DNA of 61,949 nt. Source: a virus (Duplodnaviria; Caudoviricetes). Shown here piece by piece: positions 52,512 through 60,759 of this stretch. Position 1 is the first letter of the stretch, and each line of letters opens with the position of its first letter. The notes under the pieces were generated by a model. It did not search any database. It had not been told where the DNA came from and saw only the letters and a program-made list of their open reading frames with translations. Both the position numbers and the translations under genes were made by a program. The DNA lies in IMG/VR virus record IMGVR_UViG_3300015245_000719, positions 1 through 61,949 of that record. The stretch is one strand, 5' to 3'.

Positions 52512-52928
52512 ATGGCTAAAGCCACGCAAGAGCCGGAGCTTGGCCCGCTCGCGAGAAGCCTCGCTCGCTTGATGGCCAGTCATCTGGTGAAGGGAAAGCC
52601 GATTTCTGCGAATGAGCTGTCGAAGCGGAGCAAGGTTCCGCAATCGACGATCACCAGGATGCTCTCGGGGTATGTGACAGATCCCCGCGCGAGCTCGCTG
52701 GAGCGGATCGCTGCTTACTTCAACGTCACGCTCGCCGCGTTGCGCGGTGAGGATGTAGTGCCGGTTGTCGCCGGTCAGCAGCTACTTCACCGGCTCTCGC
52801 CGGACGAGCTCGAGCTGCTGATGATCTACCGTTCCGCGAACCCCACGGGGCAGGTCGCCATCGCCGGCGCTGCCTCGGGGATCGCAAGCGGCGTAAAAGC
52901 CGCGGAGGTAGTTAAGAAGATACGCTAG
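52512..52928 (+). CDS. CI-like Xre repressor without an S24 autoprotease domain
   Basis: GGGAGAG SD; SANELSKRSKVPQSTITRMLSG...P....LERIAAYFNVT; divergent from the cro-like gene. Confidence 0.85.
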   Translation: MAKATQEPELGPLARSLARLMASHLVKGKPISANELSKRSKVPQSTITRMLSGYVTDPRASSLERIAAYFNVTLAALRGEDVVPVVAGQQLLHRLSPDELELLMIYRSANPTGQVAIAGAASGIASGVKAAEVVKKIR

Positions 52929-52931
52929 TAG

Positions 52932-53132
52932 TTAGGCAACCTTCGGAACGAGTCGAAGCACAAAGCCGCCTACCAGGGCGGCTTTTTGTTGCGGGTACTT
53001 CACCGCGATGCACTGCGCCGTTGCGATGATCGACTCTTGTACGTGCGGTAGCGCACCGCGGTAGGTCTGAATCAGCTCCGCTTCCTGCGGAGTCAGTAAT
53101 CTCATTTCTGCCAAGATTTTTCTTACGCCCAC
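52932..53132 (-). CDS. Stand-alone paralog of the repressor C-terminal domain, candidate antirepressor
   Basis: GGGAGG SD plus GTG 53132; LTPQEAELIQTYRGA aligns with repressor LSPDELELLMIYRSA. Confidence 0.65.
   Translation of the reverse strand: MGVRKILAEMRLLTPQEAELIQTYRGALPHVQESIIATAQCIAVKYPQQKAALVGGFVLRLVPKVA
52962..52990 (+). terminator. Intrinsic terminator for the repressor transcript
   Basis: AAAGCCGCC-taccag-GGCGGCTTT followed by TTGTT. Confidence 0.7.
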
Positions 53133-53223
53133 GACCGCCTCCCGTGTTGAAGGTGAACCAGCAAACTCCGTAGTTATTGTGGTTGCTGTGGTGTCGCTAG
53201 ATTGCGACACTCTCGTCATTGGG

Positions 53224-53252
53224 AATCTACGCCCAAGGTATGCCAGTGTCAA
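53224..53252 (-). promoter_or_regulatory. Sigma70 promoter TTGACA-17-TAGATT
   Basis: Consensus -35; oriented toward 52932-53132. Confidence 0.7.
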
Positions 53253-53296
53253 CAGTCCGCTCGGCGATTACCTTACAGAAAGGTTTCATTTGTTTC

Positions 53297-53350
53297 ATGC
53301 GCTAATGCAAATACGCATTGACGGTGACCACGTCCTATGCGAACATGCAT
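53297..53350 (+). promoter_or_regulatory. Rightward promoter (TTGACG, extended -10) flanked by ATGC-N6-GCAT operators
   Basis: Operators at 53305-53318 and 53337-53350, imperfect copy at 53297-53310. Confidence 0.65.
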
Positions 53351-53353
53351 TGC

Positions 53354-53929
53354 ATGAGAGGGACACTCGCGAAGCGCATCAGGATGATGTGCAAAGAGAT
53401 CGGACCAACGATCTCGAAGAAAGCAGCTAAGAAGCTCTGGCGCTCAATCGTTCGCGGAAATAGTGCCAGCGAACCGAAGTCTCTCCCTACGAGGGGTGTA
53501 AGGAAAACACTACACGCCTTTCTCGGTTTCCGCGGCTTCCCGGATCACAACGATCCCTCGTGCACCTTCGAGGAGCGTCGCCAGTGGGAGCCAGGCCCCG
53601 TCATCACCGTCCGATCCATCTACGGCGGGATGGTTCCCGCGGGCCGCAGACTACCTCCAAAGCCTGACGAAACGTCAGAGAAGAAACGTGACGGATTCAC
53701 GGACGCCAGCACCCGCAAGGGTCTCCTGGAGCGTCTGGACGACCGCCAGAAGCAGCTCAGTTCCTTCTTCGAGCGGTTCGTAGCCGTATTCGCAGCAAAG
53801 GCGAGCACACCCGGGAAAGCGCACGTCAAGAAGGCGCCACGAGTGTACCCGCATTCATCCACGCGGCAGCACACGCGCCTCGCGCGTCGCATCGCCCGCG
53901 CCTACCCCGAGCACTTCACCGTCCACTGA
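53354..53929 (+). CDS. Basic hypothetical protein
   Basis: First gene after the promoter; start uncertain (53354 leaderless or 53384/53387). Confidence 0.5.
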   Translation: MRGTLAKRIRMMCKEIGPTISKKAAKKLWRSIVRGNSASEPKSLPTRGVRKTLHAFLGFRGFPDHNDPSCTFEERRQWEPGPVITVRSIYGGMVPAGRRLPPKPDETSEKKRDGFTDASTRKGLLERLDDRQKQLSSFFERFVAVFAAKASTPGKAHVKKAPRVYPHSSTRQHTRLARRIARAYPEHFTVH

Positions 53930-53931
53930 CC

Positions 53932-54468
53932 ATGCCAAGAGAACGTATGCCACACCAAGACCACACCGCCGACACCATGGGCTACGAGTGCGCGACCCCG
54001 CAGCAGCTCAGCGCCACAGAGGACGCCAAGAACACCGTCTCCGCTGCGGAGGAGAGCGCCCGCATGATCGCGGACGTCATGCTCGACATGGCCGCCACGC
54101 TGGAGAAAGCGCAGAGCCAGATCGGCAAGCCGCACACGCCCGACGTCGGGCTCACCGGCAGGTTGATGAAGGACGCGGGAAGGTACCTCATCGGCTCCGA
54201 CGTGTCGGTCAGCAATGCATTTATGGGCCACCCCAAATCCAAGTGCCGCGAGTACGTCAATAGCGAAATCGGCTACCGCCTCGGGGGCGAGATCGCCAAG
54301 AAGCTGAACCTCGATCTCTCGCCGAAGCGCGACGAGTACCACTGCGACTGGTATGCGACCGGCTGGAGCACAACGTTCACCGCCAGAGTCTACGTCCTCA
54401 CCGATTCCGAACTTCGCGCACTGATCTACGACGCGATCAAGCGCGCCACCACACCAGGGAGCCTCTAA
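53932..54468 (+). CDS. Hypothetical protein
   Basis: 178 aa, abuts the next gene; start uncertain. Confidence 0.6.
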   Translation: MPRERMPHQDHTADTMGYECATPQQLSATEDAKNTVSAAEESARMIADVMLDMAATLEKAQSQIGKPHTPDVGLTGRLMKDAGRYLIGSDVSVSNAFMGHPKSKCREYVNSEIGYRLGGEIAKKLNLDLSPKRDEYHCDWYATGWSTTFTARVYVLTDSELRALIYDAIKRATTPGSL

Positions 54469-55224
54469 ATGGCAGTCAGTCTCGCAAGTCTGAAGAGGGG
54501 TCGCAACGTCCGGCCGCCCCGCATCGTCATCTACGGACCGCACGGCCTGGGCAAGTCATCGTTCGGCGCGAGCGCGCCGGCCCCGGTGTTCATCCAGACC
54601 GAGGACGGCCTGGGCACGCTGGACGTGACGTCATTCCCGCTCGCGCAGACCTTCGCCGACGTGAACGGCGCGCTGTCCACGCTCTACACCGACGACCACG
54701 AGTTCAGCACCGTGGTCATCGACTCCGCCGATTGGCTCGAACCGCTCATCTGGAAAGAGACCTGCGCGCTTCACGGCAAGGCCGACATCGAGGAGTTCGG
54801 CTACGGCAAGGGCTACGGATTCGCGCTCGACCAGTGGCGCAGCGTGCTCAGCGGTCTCAACGCTCTGCGCGACACGAAGAACATGGCCTCCATCGTCACC
54901 GCGCACTGCCAGATCAAGCGCTTCGACTCACCCGAGGTCGAGCCCTACGACCGCTACACGCCGAAGCTGCATAACTCGGCCTCCGCGCTGTTGCAGGAGT
55001 GGGCCGACGCGGTGTTCTTCACCAACTGGAAAACCGTCATCCAGAAGGAGGACGTCGGCTTCAACAAGAAGGTGGCGCGCGGCGTCACCACCGGGCAACG
55101 GATGATGTACACGACCGAGAAGCCCGCGTACCTCGCCAAGAACCGATACAGCCTCCCCGAGGAAATGGATCTCTCGTGGCAGGCATTCGCCGACGCGCTC
55201 ACCGCCTCGGCCGCGCAAACGTAA
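54469..55224 (+). CDS. Sak4-like AAA_24 ssDNA-annealing ATPase
   Basis: IYGPHGLGKSS, VVIDSADWLE, GYGKGY, EWADAVFF, AKNRY.LP. Confidence 0.9.
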   Translation: MAVSLASLKRGRNVRPPRIVIYGPHGLGKSSFGASAPAPVFIQTEDGLGTLDVTSFPLAQTFADVNGALSTLYTDDHEFSTVVIDSADWLEPLIWKETCALHGKADIEEFGYGKGYGFALDQWRSVLSGLNALRDTKNMASIVTAHCQIKRFDSPEVEPYDRYTPKLHNSASALLQEWADAVFFTNWKTVIQKEDVGFNKKVARGVTTGQRMMYTTEKPAYLAKNRYSLPEEMDLSWQAFADALTASAAQT

Positions 55225-55256
55225 CCCTTTCACCACAACAGGAGCTCAGCACAGCA

Positions 55257-55775
55257 ATGGCAAATCTCACAGGTTTCGATGCAAGCACCAAGGGCGACAT
55301 GCTCGACTTCGACGCTTTCCCCGAGTGCAAGGCGCTCGGGATGATGGTCGCGTCGCAGATGAAGCCCACGAAGGACGGCACGGGCCAGTACCTCGAGTGC
55401 GAATTCTCGGTGCTCGACGGCCCGCACAAAGGTCGGCGCCTGTGGACGCGCCTCAACCTCGTCAACAAGAACAAGCAGGCCGTGGACATCGCCGAGCGCG
55501 AGCTGGCCGCGATCTGCAAGGCCGTCGGCAAGCCGCGACCGAGCGATTCGAACGAGCTGCACAGCATCCCCCTGCTGCTCGACATCGGCTACGAGCCCGC
55601 CAAGGCCGCCGACCCGGTGAAGAACAAGCCGGCGCGCAAGGCGGAGAACTACTTCAAGGGCTACCACCCCGCCTCCGCCGCGGCGCAGGTGAGCGCCGCC
55701 GCCACCACGGCTCCGGTCCCGCAGGCTCCGGCGGCTCCGGCCCCGCGTCCCTCGACTCCGCCCTGGGCGAAGTAA
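55257..55775 (+). CDS. DUF669-type single-stranded DNA-binding protein
   Basis: MKPTK.GTG.YL..EF.VLDGP.KGR.LW.RLNL; PPWAK tail; follows Sak4. Confidence 0.85.
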   Translation: MANLTGFDASTKGDMLDFDAFPECKALGMMVASQMKPTKDGTGQYLECEFSVLDGPHKGRRLWTRLNLVNKNKQAVDIAERELAAICKAVGKPRPSDSNELHSIPLLLDIGYEPAKAADPVKNKPARKAENYFKGYHPASAAAQVSAAATTAPVPQAPAAPAPRPSTPPWAK

Positions 55776-55782
55776 AGGTCAC

Positions 55783-55850
55783 GCCCCGCGCCTGCCGCAC
55801 ACCGTAACGCCGGTTTCCTTCCTTTCCCGGCGGTGCGCAGGTCGCGGGGC
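55783..55850 (+). other. Long intergenic hairpin
   Basis: GCCCCGCG-CCTG-CGCAC ... GTGCG-CAGG-CGCGGGGC with inner CGCCGG/CCGGCG. Confidence 0.55.
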
Positions 55851-55874
55851 TCCCACTAAAGCCAGGAGGCTTAC

Positions 55875-56243
55875 GTGAGAAACATGATTCTGTATCTGCT
55901 CTACACCATGGCGGTGTGGCTAGGCGTGGTGGCGCTCATCTTGATATGCGCGCAGGCCGCCAAGGCGGACACGATGTTCGTCAAGAACGGCGGCGGCGGA
56001 TGGATGGTGCTGTTCGAGCACAAGTGCACCATCAAGGAGTTGGACGCCGAGGGCCGGAAGGAAGTGTACTCGTTCACCCGCGACGAGGAATTCTTCGGCT
56101 GTTGGGCTCTGGTGGACGGGCTGGTCACCGTCTACTGGATGGACGGCGACACCACTGTCGCGCCGTTCTCGCAGTTCAGGACGCTCCAGCCGTGGATGAT
56201 TCCCTATCAAGAGTACCTGGAAGTCCATGCGCCGGCTCGCTGA
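55875..56243 (+). CDS. Exported hypothetical protein
   Basis: AGGAGG SD; signal ending AKA; C...FFGCW motif. Confidence 0.7.
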   Translation: MRNMILYLLYTMAVWLGVVALILICAQAAKADTMFVKNGGGGWMVLFEHKCTIKELDAEGRKEVYSFTRDEEFFGCWALVDGLVTVYWMDGDTTVAPFSQFRTLQPWMIPYQEYLEVHAPAR

Positions 56244-56335
56244 CATCGCCGCCGCTATTTTCTGCGCGCCGAGCCGCGTGCTCGACTCGTTCTTCGGTCT
56301 GATCGAAACCTACAAACGCATGAGGGGGTTCTGAA

Positions 56336-56470
56336 ATGCCACCGCTTTTTCTTCGCTACGTCTGGTACATCCCGTTCCTCTCCGCCGTGTGGCTAACCAA
56401 GCGTGACACACAGGAGATCTACACGCGGGGGTTCTACATCTTCGGCGTCCGGGTGGGCGTGTGGTCGTGA
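56336..56470 (+). CDS. Small hydrophobic protein (44 aa)
   Basis: GAGGGGG SD; read manually; GTGA-coupled to the next gene. Confidence 0.45.
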   Translation: MPPLFLRYVWYIPFLSAVWLTKRDTQEIYTRGFYIFGVRVGVWS

Positions 56471-57003
56471 GGGTCATCTACGCCATCCTCGTCTACGTCG
56501 CCGTCATCGTGGCGATAGTGTTCGGCGCTTCGAGCGTCGCGCACGCCGACACCTGGGTATCGCTCGGAGGCGTCTCGCATCACTTCGAGCGCTCCACGCC
56601 GCACAACGAGGAGAACTACGGCATCGGCCTCGAGCAGGACACCAGCGTTGCGCACCTGCGGCTGATCGTCGGCGAGTACAAGAATTCCTTCTGGCGGGAG
56701 TCGTTCTACGCCGGCTTCTCCTACACGCCGCTGTCGTTGGGGCCTGTGCGCTTCGGCCTCATGGGAGCAGCCCTAACAGGCTACGGGAACATGACCTGCG
56801 AGACGCACCAGTCTGGACCAACCGCCACCGCGAGCCCAATGACCACCACCACCACGAGCTGTGCCTACCACGAGCGCGTGCGCGCCTACGGCGTCCCGTT
56901 CGCGCAGATCGAGGGCGAGCGCTTCGGGGTCAACATGCTCGCCGCTCCGCCCATCGCAGGCAAGGGCGGCGTCGTGGCCGTCCAGTTCAAGGTGAAGTTC
57001 TGA
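56467..57003 (+). CDS. PagP-like outer-membrane beta-barrel protein
   Basis: Signal peptide (AHA), SHHF...NE.NYGIG, YKNS...YAG, LTGY, C-terminal VQFKVKF beta-signal. Confidence 0.65.
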   Translation: MRVIYAILVYVAVIVAIVFGASSVAHADTWVSLGGVSHHFERSTPHNEENYGIGLEQDTSVAHLRLIVGEYKNSFWRESFYAGFSYTPLSLGPVRFGLMGAALTGYGNMTCETHQSGPTATASPMTTTTTSCAYHERVRAYGVPFAQIEGERFGVNMLAAPPIAGKGGVVAVQFKVKF

Positions 57004-57254
57004 TGAAAGCGACAGTCGTGAACCTGGACGATACCCCGGTCGAGATCATCGCCGAGAGCATCAAGACCGTCGCGGATGGTGTCCGCAAGCTGCGCGCAGG
57101 GCCGCTCAGCGACCGCGCTCTGCTCCTGCTGATCCAGCACGCCGCGCCGCGCGATCGCCGCGGGCAGACCGTCTCTCTCGGAGAGATCAAGCGCGTGTTC
57201 GACGGGATAGACTCGCTCGAGCACGAGTACCTGAAGAAGAAGCCTAAGTCATGA
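57003..57254 (+). CDS. Hypothetical protein (83 aa)
   Basis: TGATG coupling; MKATVVNL...EYLKKKPKS. Confidence 0.65.
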   Translation: MKATVVNLDDTPVEIIAESIKTVADGVRKLRAGPLSDRALLLLIQHAAPRDRRGQTVSLGEIKRVFDGIDSLEHEYLKKKPKS

Positions 57255-57373
57255 GCGCGAAGCAGACCTACGACAAGAAGGACCCGCGCTTCCCGTGGAC
57301 CGCGCGTCAGCGCCGGCGCCTGACTGGCTCGCGCAAACAGCGCAAGGTCACGCGCCACGATAAGAAGCGCTGA
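57251..57373 (+). CDS. Small Arg/Lys-rich peptide (40 aa)
   Basis: Coupled at both ends (ATGA and TGATG); read manually. Confidence 0.5.
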   Translation: MSAKQTYDKKDPRFPWTARQRRRLTGSRKQRKVTRHDKKR

Positions 57374-58515
57374 TGGCCGCGCTACCCGAGAAGCAGTTCA
57401 CCACCGTTGTCAAGATCTACGAGCACTGGTCCAAGGCGACGAACCAGGACCCGAGGCCGCACCTGGGCGCGTCCATCATCGGCAAGGAATGCCGGCGCGC
57501 CCTTTGGTACGACTTCCGGTGGGCGACGCGGCGCGTGTTCGAGGGCCGCATGCTGCGCCTGTTCGACACGGGGCAGCGCGAAGAGGGGCGACTCGTCGCC
57601 GACCTGCGCAACGCTGGCGTGACGGTGTACGACCGCGATCCGGAGACCGGCAAGCAGTTCCGGTTCCTGGACCACGGAGGCCACTTCTCCGGCTCAATGG
57701 ACGCCTCGCTCAAGGGACTCGTCGAGGCGCCCTCCACCTGGCACGTAGGCGAGTTCAAGACCCACAACACCAAGTCGTTCGACGCGTTCAAGAAGAACGG
57801 GGTGAAGGCGTCAAAGCCGGTGCACTGGCACCAGATGAACACCTACATGGGCTGGTCCGGCATGAAGCGCGCCGCCTACTTCCCGGTATGCAAGGACAAC
57901 GACGAGATCGACCTCGAGCGCGTCGAGTTCGACAAGGACGCCTTCGAGCTGGACCGGGCCAAGGCCAAGACCATCATCGAGGCGCCGGAACCGCTCTCCA
58001 AGATCTCGGAGGACCCGTCCTTCTACGAGTGCAACCTCTGCGACCACAGGGGCACATGCCACGGCGGTCGTGCCCCGGCCATGAGCTGCCGCACCTGCGC
58101 GCACTCCACGCCGATCACCGACCAGCCTGCGCGCGAGGAAGCGCCCTGGGGCTGCGCTCGGTACGGGTGCTCCCTCAGCTACGCGGAACAGCTCAAGGGC
58201 TGCGTGACGCACGTGTTCATCCCCGCGCTGCTGCCCTGGGCCGAGCCGCTTGTGGCCGGCGACGATTGGGTGATCTACCGGAACAAGCTGAACGGCCGCA
58301 ACTTCTGCAACCACAGGCGCGTCGCTGACGAGCCCTTCCCTGATGGATTGGAAGGGGCGCTCGTCGAGCACGGCGTCATCTGCATGTACTCGAGCGCCGA
58401 GCTGAACGGCTGCCCGCCAAGGCTCGTCGGCGACCCGGGCGTGGACGCGCTCAAGGTCGAGGCTGACGCCACCGTCAAACCGCAACCACAGGAGATCGCA
58501 CGTGAACCCGCATGA
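57373..58515 (+). CDS. Cas4-like PD-(D/E)XK exonuclease with Fe-S/Zn cysteines
   Basis: LGAS.IG.EC.R.LWY.FRW, SGSMD, GEFKT, QMNTYM, CNLC.H...C, CRTC. Confidence 0.85.
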   Translation: MAALPEKQFTTVVKIYEHWSKATNQDPRPHLGASIIGKECRRALWYDFRWATRRVFEGRMLRLFDTGQREEGRLVADLRNAGVTVYDRDPETGKQFRFLDHGGHFSGSMDASLKGLVEAPSTWHVGEFKTHNTKSFDAFKKNGVKASKPVHWHQMNTYMGWSGMKRAAYFPVCKDNDEIDLERVEFDKDAFELDRAKAKTIIEAPEPLSKISEDPSFYECNLCDHRGTCHGGRAPAMSCRTCAHSTPITDQPAREEAPWGCARYGCSLSYAEQLKGCVTHVFIPALLPWAEPLVAGDDWVIYRNKLNGRNFCNHRRVADEPFPDGLEGALVEHGVICMYSSAELNGCPPRLVGDPGVDALKVEADATVKPQPQEIAREPA

Positions 58516-59218
58516 ACTCACCGGACTGATCAAAGCATTTCACGAAAACGCGGGCTTCGAGGAATTCCCAAAGATCCCGCGGCTGTCCCGCACGTGCACC
58601 GTGACCGAGAAGCTGGACGGCACGAACGCGCAAATCCTCATCGAGGAGCCTCTTCCCGGCGTGTTCGTCACGCGCTTCGGGTCGCGCTCCCGCTGGCTCA
58701 TGCCCGGAAAGGAGCACGACAACTACGGGTTCTGCGCGTGGGGCGACGCTCACCTTCAGCAACTCATCGCCGGGCTCGGAGCGGGACGCCACTACGGCGA
58801 GTGGTGGGGCGGCGGCATTCAACGCGGGTACGGCCTGAAGGAGAAGCGCTTCAGCCTCTTCAACACGGGCCGGTGGGCCGAGCCCGACGCAATCCTGGGC
58901 CTGGACGATCCGCGCACGCCAGCGCCGAAATGCTGCTCGGTAGTGCCGGTGATCTACGAGGGTCCGTTCGACACCGCTGCGGTCGATGCCGCGCTCGACG
59001 GCATGCGCCGCTGCGGCAGCTACGCGGCGCCTGGGTTCATGCGCCCCGAGGGCATCGTCGTGTACCACCACGCGATGAACGGCTACTTCAAGAAAACGCT
59101 GGAGAAGGACGCCGCTCCGAAATCCAACGCGTTCGACGACGCGCTATTCGACGGCATCCTCGAGTTCGGCAGGCACGCAGCCCAAGGCAGCGGTCGCGGT
59201 CGCGTGGAGCTGCCGTAG
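58502..59218 (+). CDS. ATP-dependent RNA ligase
   Basis: Motif I TEKLDGTN, III YGEWWG, IIIa FSLFN, IV EGIVV, V FKK. Confidence 0.85.
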   Translation: MNPHELTGLIKAFHENAGFEEFPKIPRLSRTCTVTEKLDGTNAQILIEEPLPGVFVTRFGSRSRWLMPGKEHDNYGFCAWGDAHLQQLIAGLGAGRHYGEWWGGGIQRGYGLKEKRFSLFNTGRWAEPDAILGLDDPRTPAPKCCSVVPVIYEGPFDTAAVDAALDGMRRCGSYAAPGFMRPEGIVVYHHAMNGYFKKTLEKDAAPKSNAFDDALFDGILEFGRHAAQGSGRGRVELP

Positions 59219-59399
59219 GAATTCCGCTGGACGGCCGCGCCCGGTCGTAGACGAGTACCCGTTTAGCGGCGGGGCTCTAAGGGCGCTAGGGGTTGACCGA
59301 TCCCCACGTGAACAAACCAAAACGGCTCTCAGTAGGCGTAGGTGGCGGCGCTAACTCTTGACCTTAGTTTTGGTCGCGTTGCCGCCACCGCCGCCGAAC
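59164..59399 (+). ncRNA. Candidate structured ncRNA or cis-element with two possible pseudoknots
   Basis: Closing stem, four internal stems and two crossing pairings found by hand; family not recognised. Confidence 0.5.
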
Positions 59400-59417
59400 G
59401 GACAACTGGAGATTTGA

Positions 59418-60011
59418 ATGAGCATAGTGAAGCGGTGGGGCATCGACATCGACGGCGTGATGTACCAATGGGACAAGACCGCGCGCTACATGTTGCGCGA
59501 GATCCTTCCGAACAGCCCCTACAAAAAAGACGGTCCGCTCGGGACCGAGTGCACGCACTGGAACTACATCCAGGACAACGTTCACGCCGACGACTGGAAA
59601 TGGCTGTGGAAGGAAGCCGTGCGGCTAGGGCTGTTCCGCCACGGGCATCTATATCCCGGAACGATCAAGGCGATCCGCAAGCTGGCAGAGCTAGGCGATG
59701 TCGTGGTGATCACGCACCGTCCGAAGCAGGCCGTAACGGACACGCTGGCGTGGTTGGCCTACCAGCAGCTCCCGCTCGCAGGCATTCACGTGCTGACGGA
59801 CCAAGAGCCGAAGTCAAGCGTCGTTCCGCAGTGCGACGTGTACCTGGACGACAAGCCGGAGAACTGCGAGGACCTTGCCGCGAACACGAAGGGCCGCGTG
59901 TTCATGTGGGACAGGCCGTGGAACCAGCACTCCACGTTCTCGCCGCGTATTCACTCGTGGGGCCAGTTCGAGCGTTGCGTGATGGACGTTTTCTACAGGA
60001 CTGGAACATGA
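59418..60011 (+). CDS. HAD-family 5'(3')-nucleotidase/phosphatase
   Basis: GIDIDGV, ITHR, YLDDKPEN, RPWN. Confidence 0.85.
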   Translation: MSIVKRWGIDIDGVMYQWDKTARYMLREILPNSPYKKDGPLGTECTHWNYIQDNVHADDWKWLWKEAVRLGLFRHGHLYPGTIKAIRKLAELGDVVVITHRPKQAVTDTLAWLAYQQLPLAGIHVLTDQEPKSSVVPQCDVYLDDKPENCEDLAANTKGRVFMWDRPWNQHSTFSPRIHSWGQFERCVMDVFYRTGT

Positions 60012-60466
60012 ACGCGCTCGACCAGAAGCTCAGCAACCCGAAAGACGTTATCGGCAGCGACAAGCTGCCTCTGCACCTTATCCCGACCCCGGCGCTCGCC
60101 GAGGTGGCGCTCGCCTTCCTCGAGGGCGCTCTCAAGTACGGCACCGCCAACTGGCGCGTCGCCGGAGTGCGCGCGTCCATCTACCGCAGCGCGGATCAGC
60201 GCCACGGGCAGAAGTGGTGGAACGGCCAGAACCGAGACCCCAAGACCAGGGTTCACCACCTCGCGTCCCTGATCGCCTGCTACATGATCGTGCTCGACGC
60301 GGAACTGGCTGGAAAGTTGACCGACGACCGTCCTCCGTCCTTGGACGCAGCGGCGCATATCGACGCGCTGGAGACCACCGTCAAGCACCTGAAGGAGCTG
60401 TTCAAGGAGCACAACCCGCACCACTACACGATCGCCGACACGCAGACCAAGCCGGAGCCAGCGTGA
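60008..60466 (+). CDS. dATP/dGTP diphosphohydrolase-like protein (DUF5664)
   Basis: NPKD.IG..K.PL.L.P, EGALKYG..NWR, HLA, DDRP; ATGA coupling. Confidence 0.8.
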   Translation: MNALDQKLSNPKDVIGSDKLPLHLIPTPALAEVALAFLEGALKYGTANWRVAGVRASIYRSADQRHGQKWWNGQNRDPKTRVHHLASLIACYMIVLDAELAGKLTDDRPPSLDAAAHIDALETTVKHLKELFKEHNPHHYTIADTQTKPEPA

Positions 60467-60759
60467 TGACGACGGACATCAACTTCATCGCGCGCCAGCA
60501 CCACGCCTGGGTGGAGCTCATGGGCTGGCACAAGAGCGGCACCGTACTAGAGCGGCTTGCCCTCGTCGCTTCTGAAGTAGGCGAAGCTGTCAACGAATGC
60601 AGGGGAGAGAAACCCACTCCGGCATTCGGCTCAGAGCTGGCAGACATAATTCTTCGCGTCCTAGATTTGGCCGAGTGCCACGGCATAGACATGGCCGAAG
60701 AGATCGGCGCGAAGATGGTCCTCAACGAGCATCGCGGAAATCGCGGACGCCTGAAGTGA
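60466..60759 (+). CDS. MazG-like NTP pyrophosphohydrolase
   Basis: LVASEVGEAVNE...ELADIILR.LDL...KM..N..R. Confidence 0.82.
   Translation: MTTDINFIARQHHAWVELMGWHKSGTVLERLALVASEVGEAVNECRGEKPTPAFGSELADIILRVLDLAECHGIDMAEEIGAKMVLNEHRGNRGRLK

Noticed and set aside
53240-53255. LexA-box-like site over the antirepressor promoter
   Set aside because: ATG-N10-CAG misses a critical base of CTG-N10-CAG and lacks an AT-rich spacer.
57373-58515. CRISPR adaptation role for the Cas4-like nuclease
   Set aside because: No array or other cas genes; the Sak4/SSB context indicates recombination.
59140-59400. tRNA or tmRNA identity for the structured region
   Set aside because: No cloverleaf, correctly placed T-loop or CCA end, and no tmRNA acceptor stem.
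59342-60007. N-terminal extension of the 374-aa ORF
   Set aside because: Overlaps the HAD gene out of frame; the real start is the coupled ATG at 60008.
60008-60759. 2-aminoadenine (Z) genome pathway
   Set aside because: No PurZ, DatZ or DNA polymerase in the window; diphosphohydrolases alone are insufficient.
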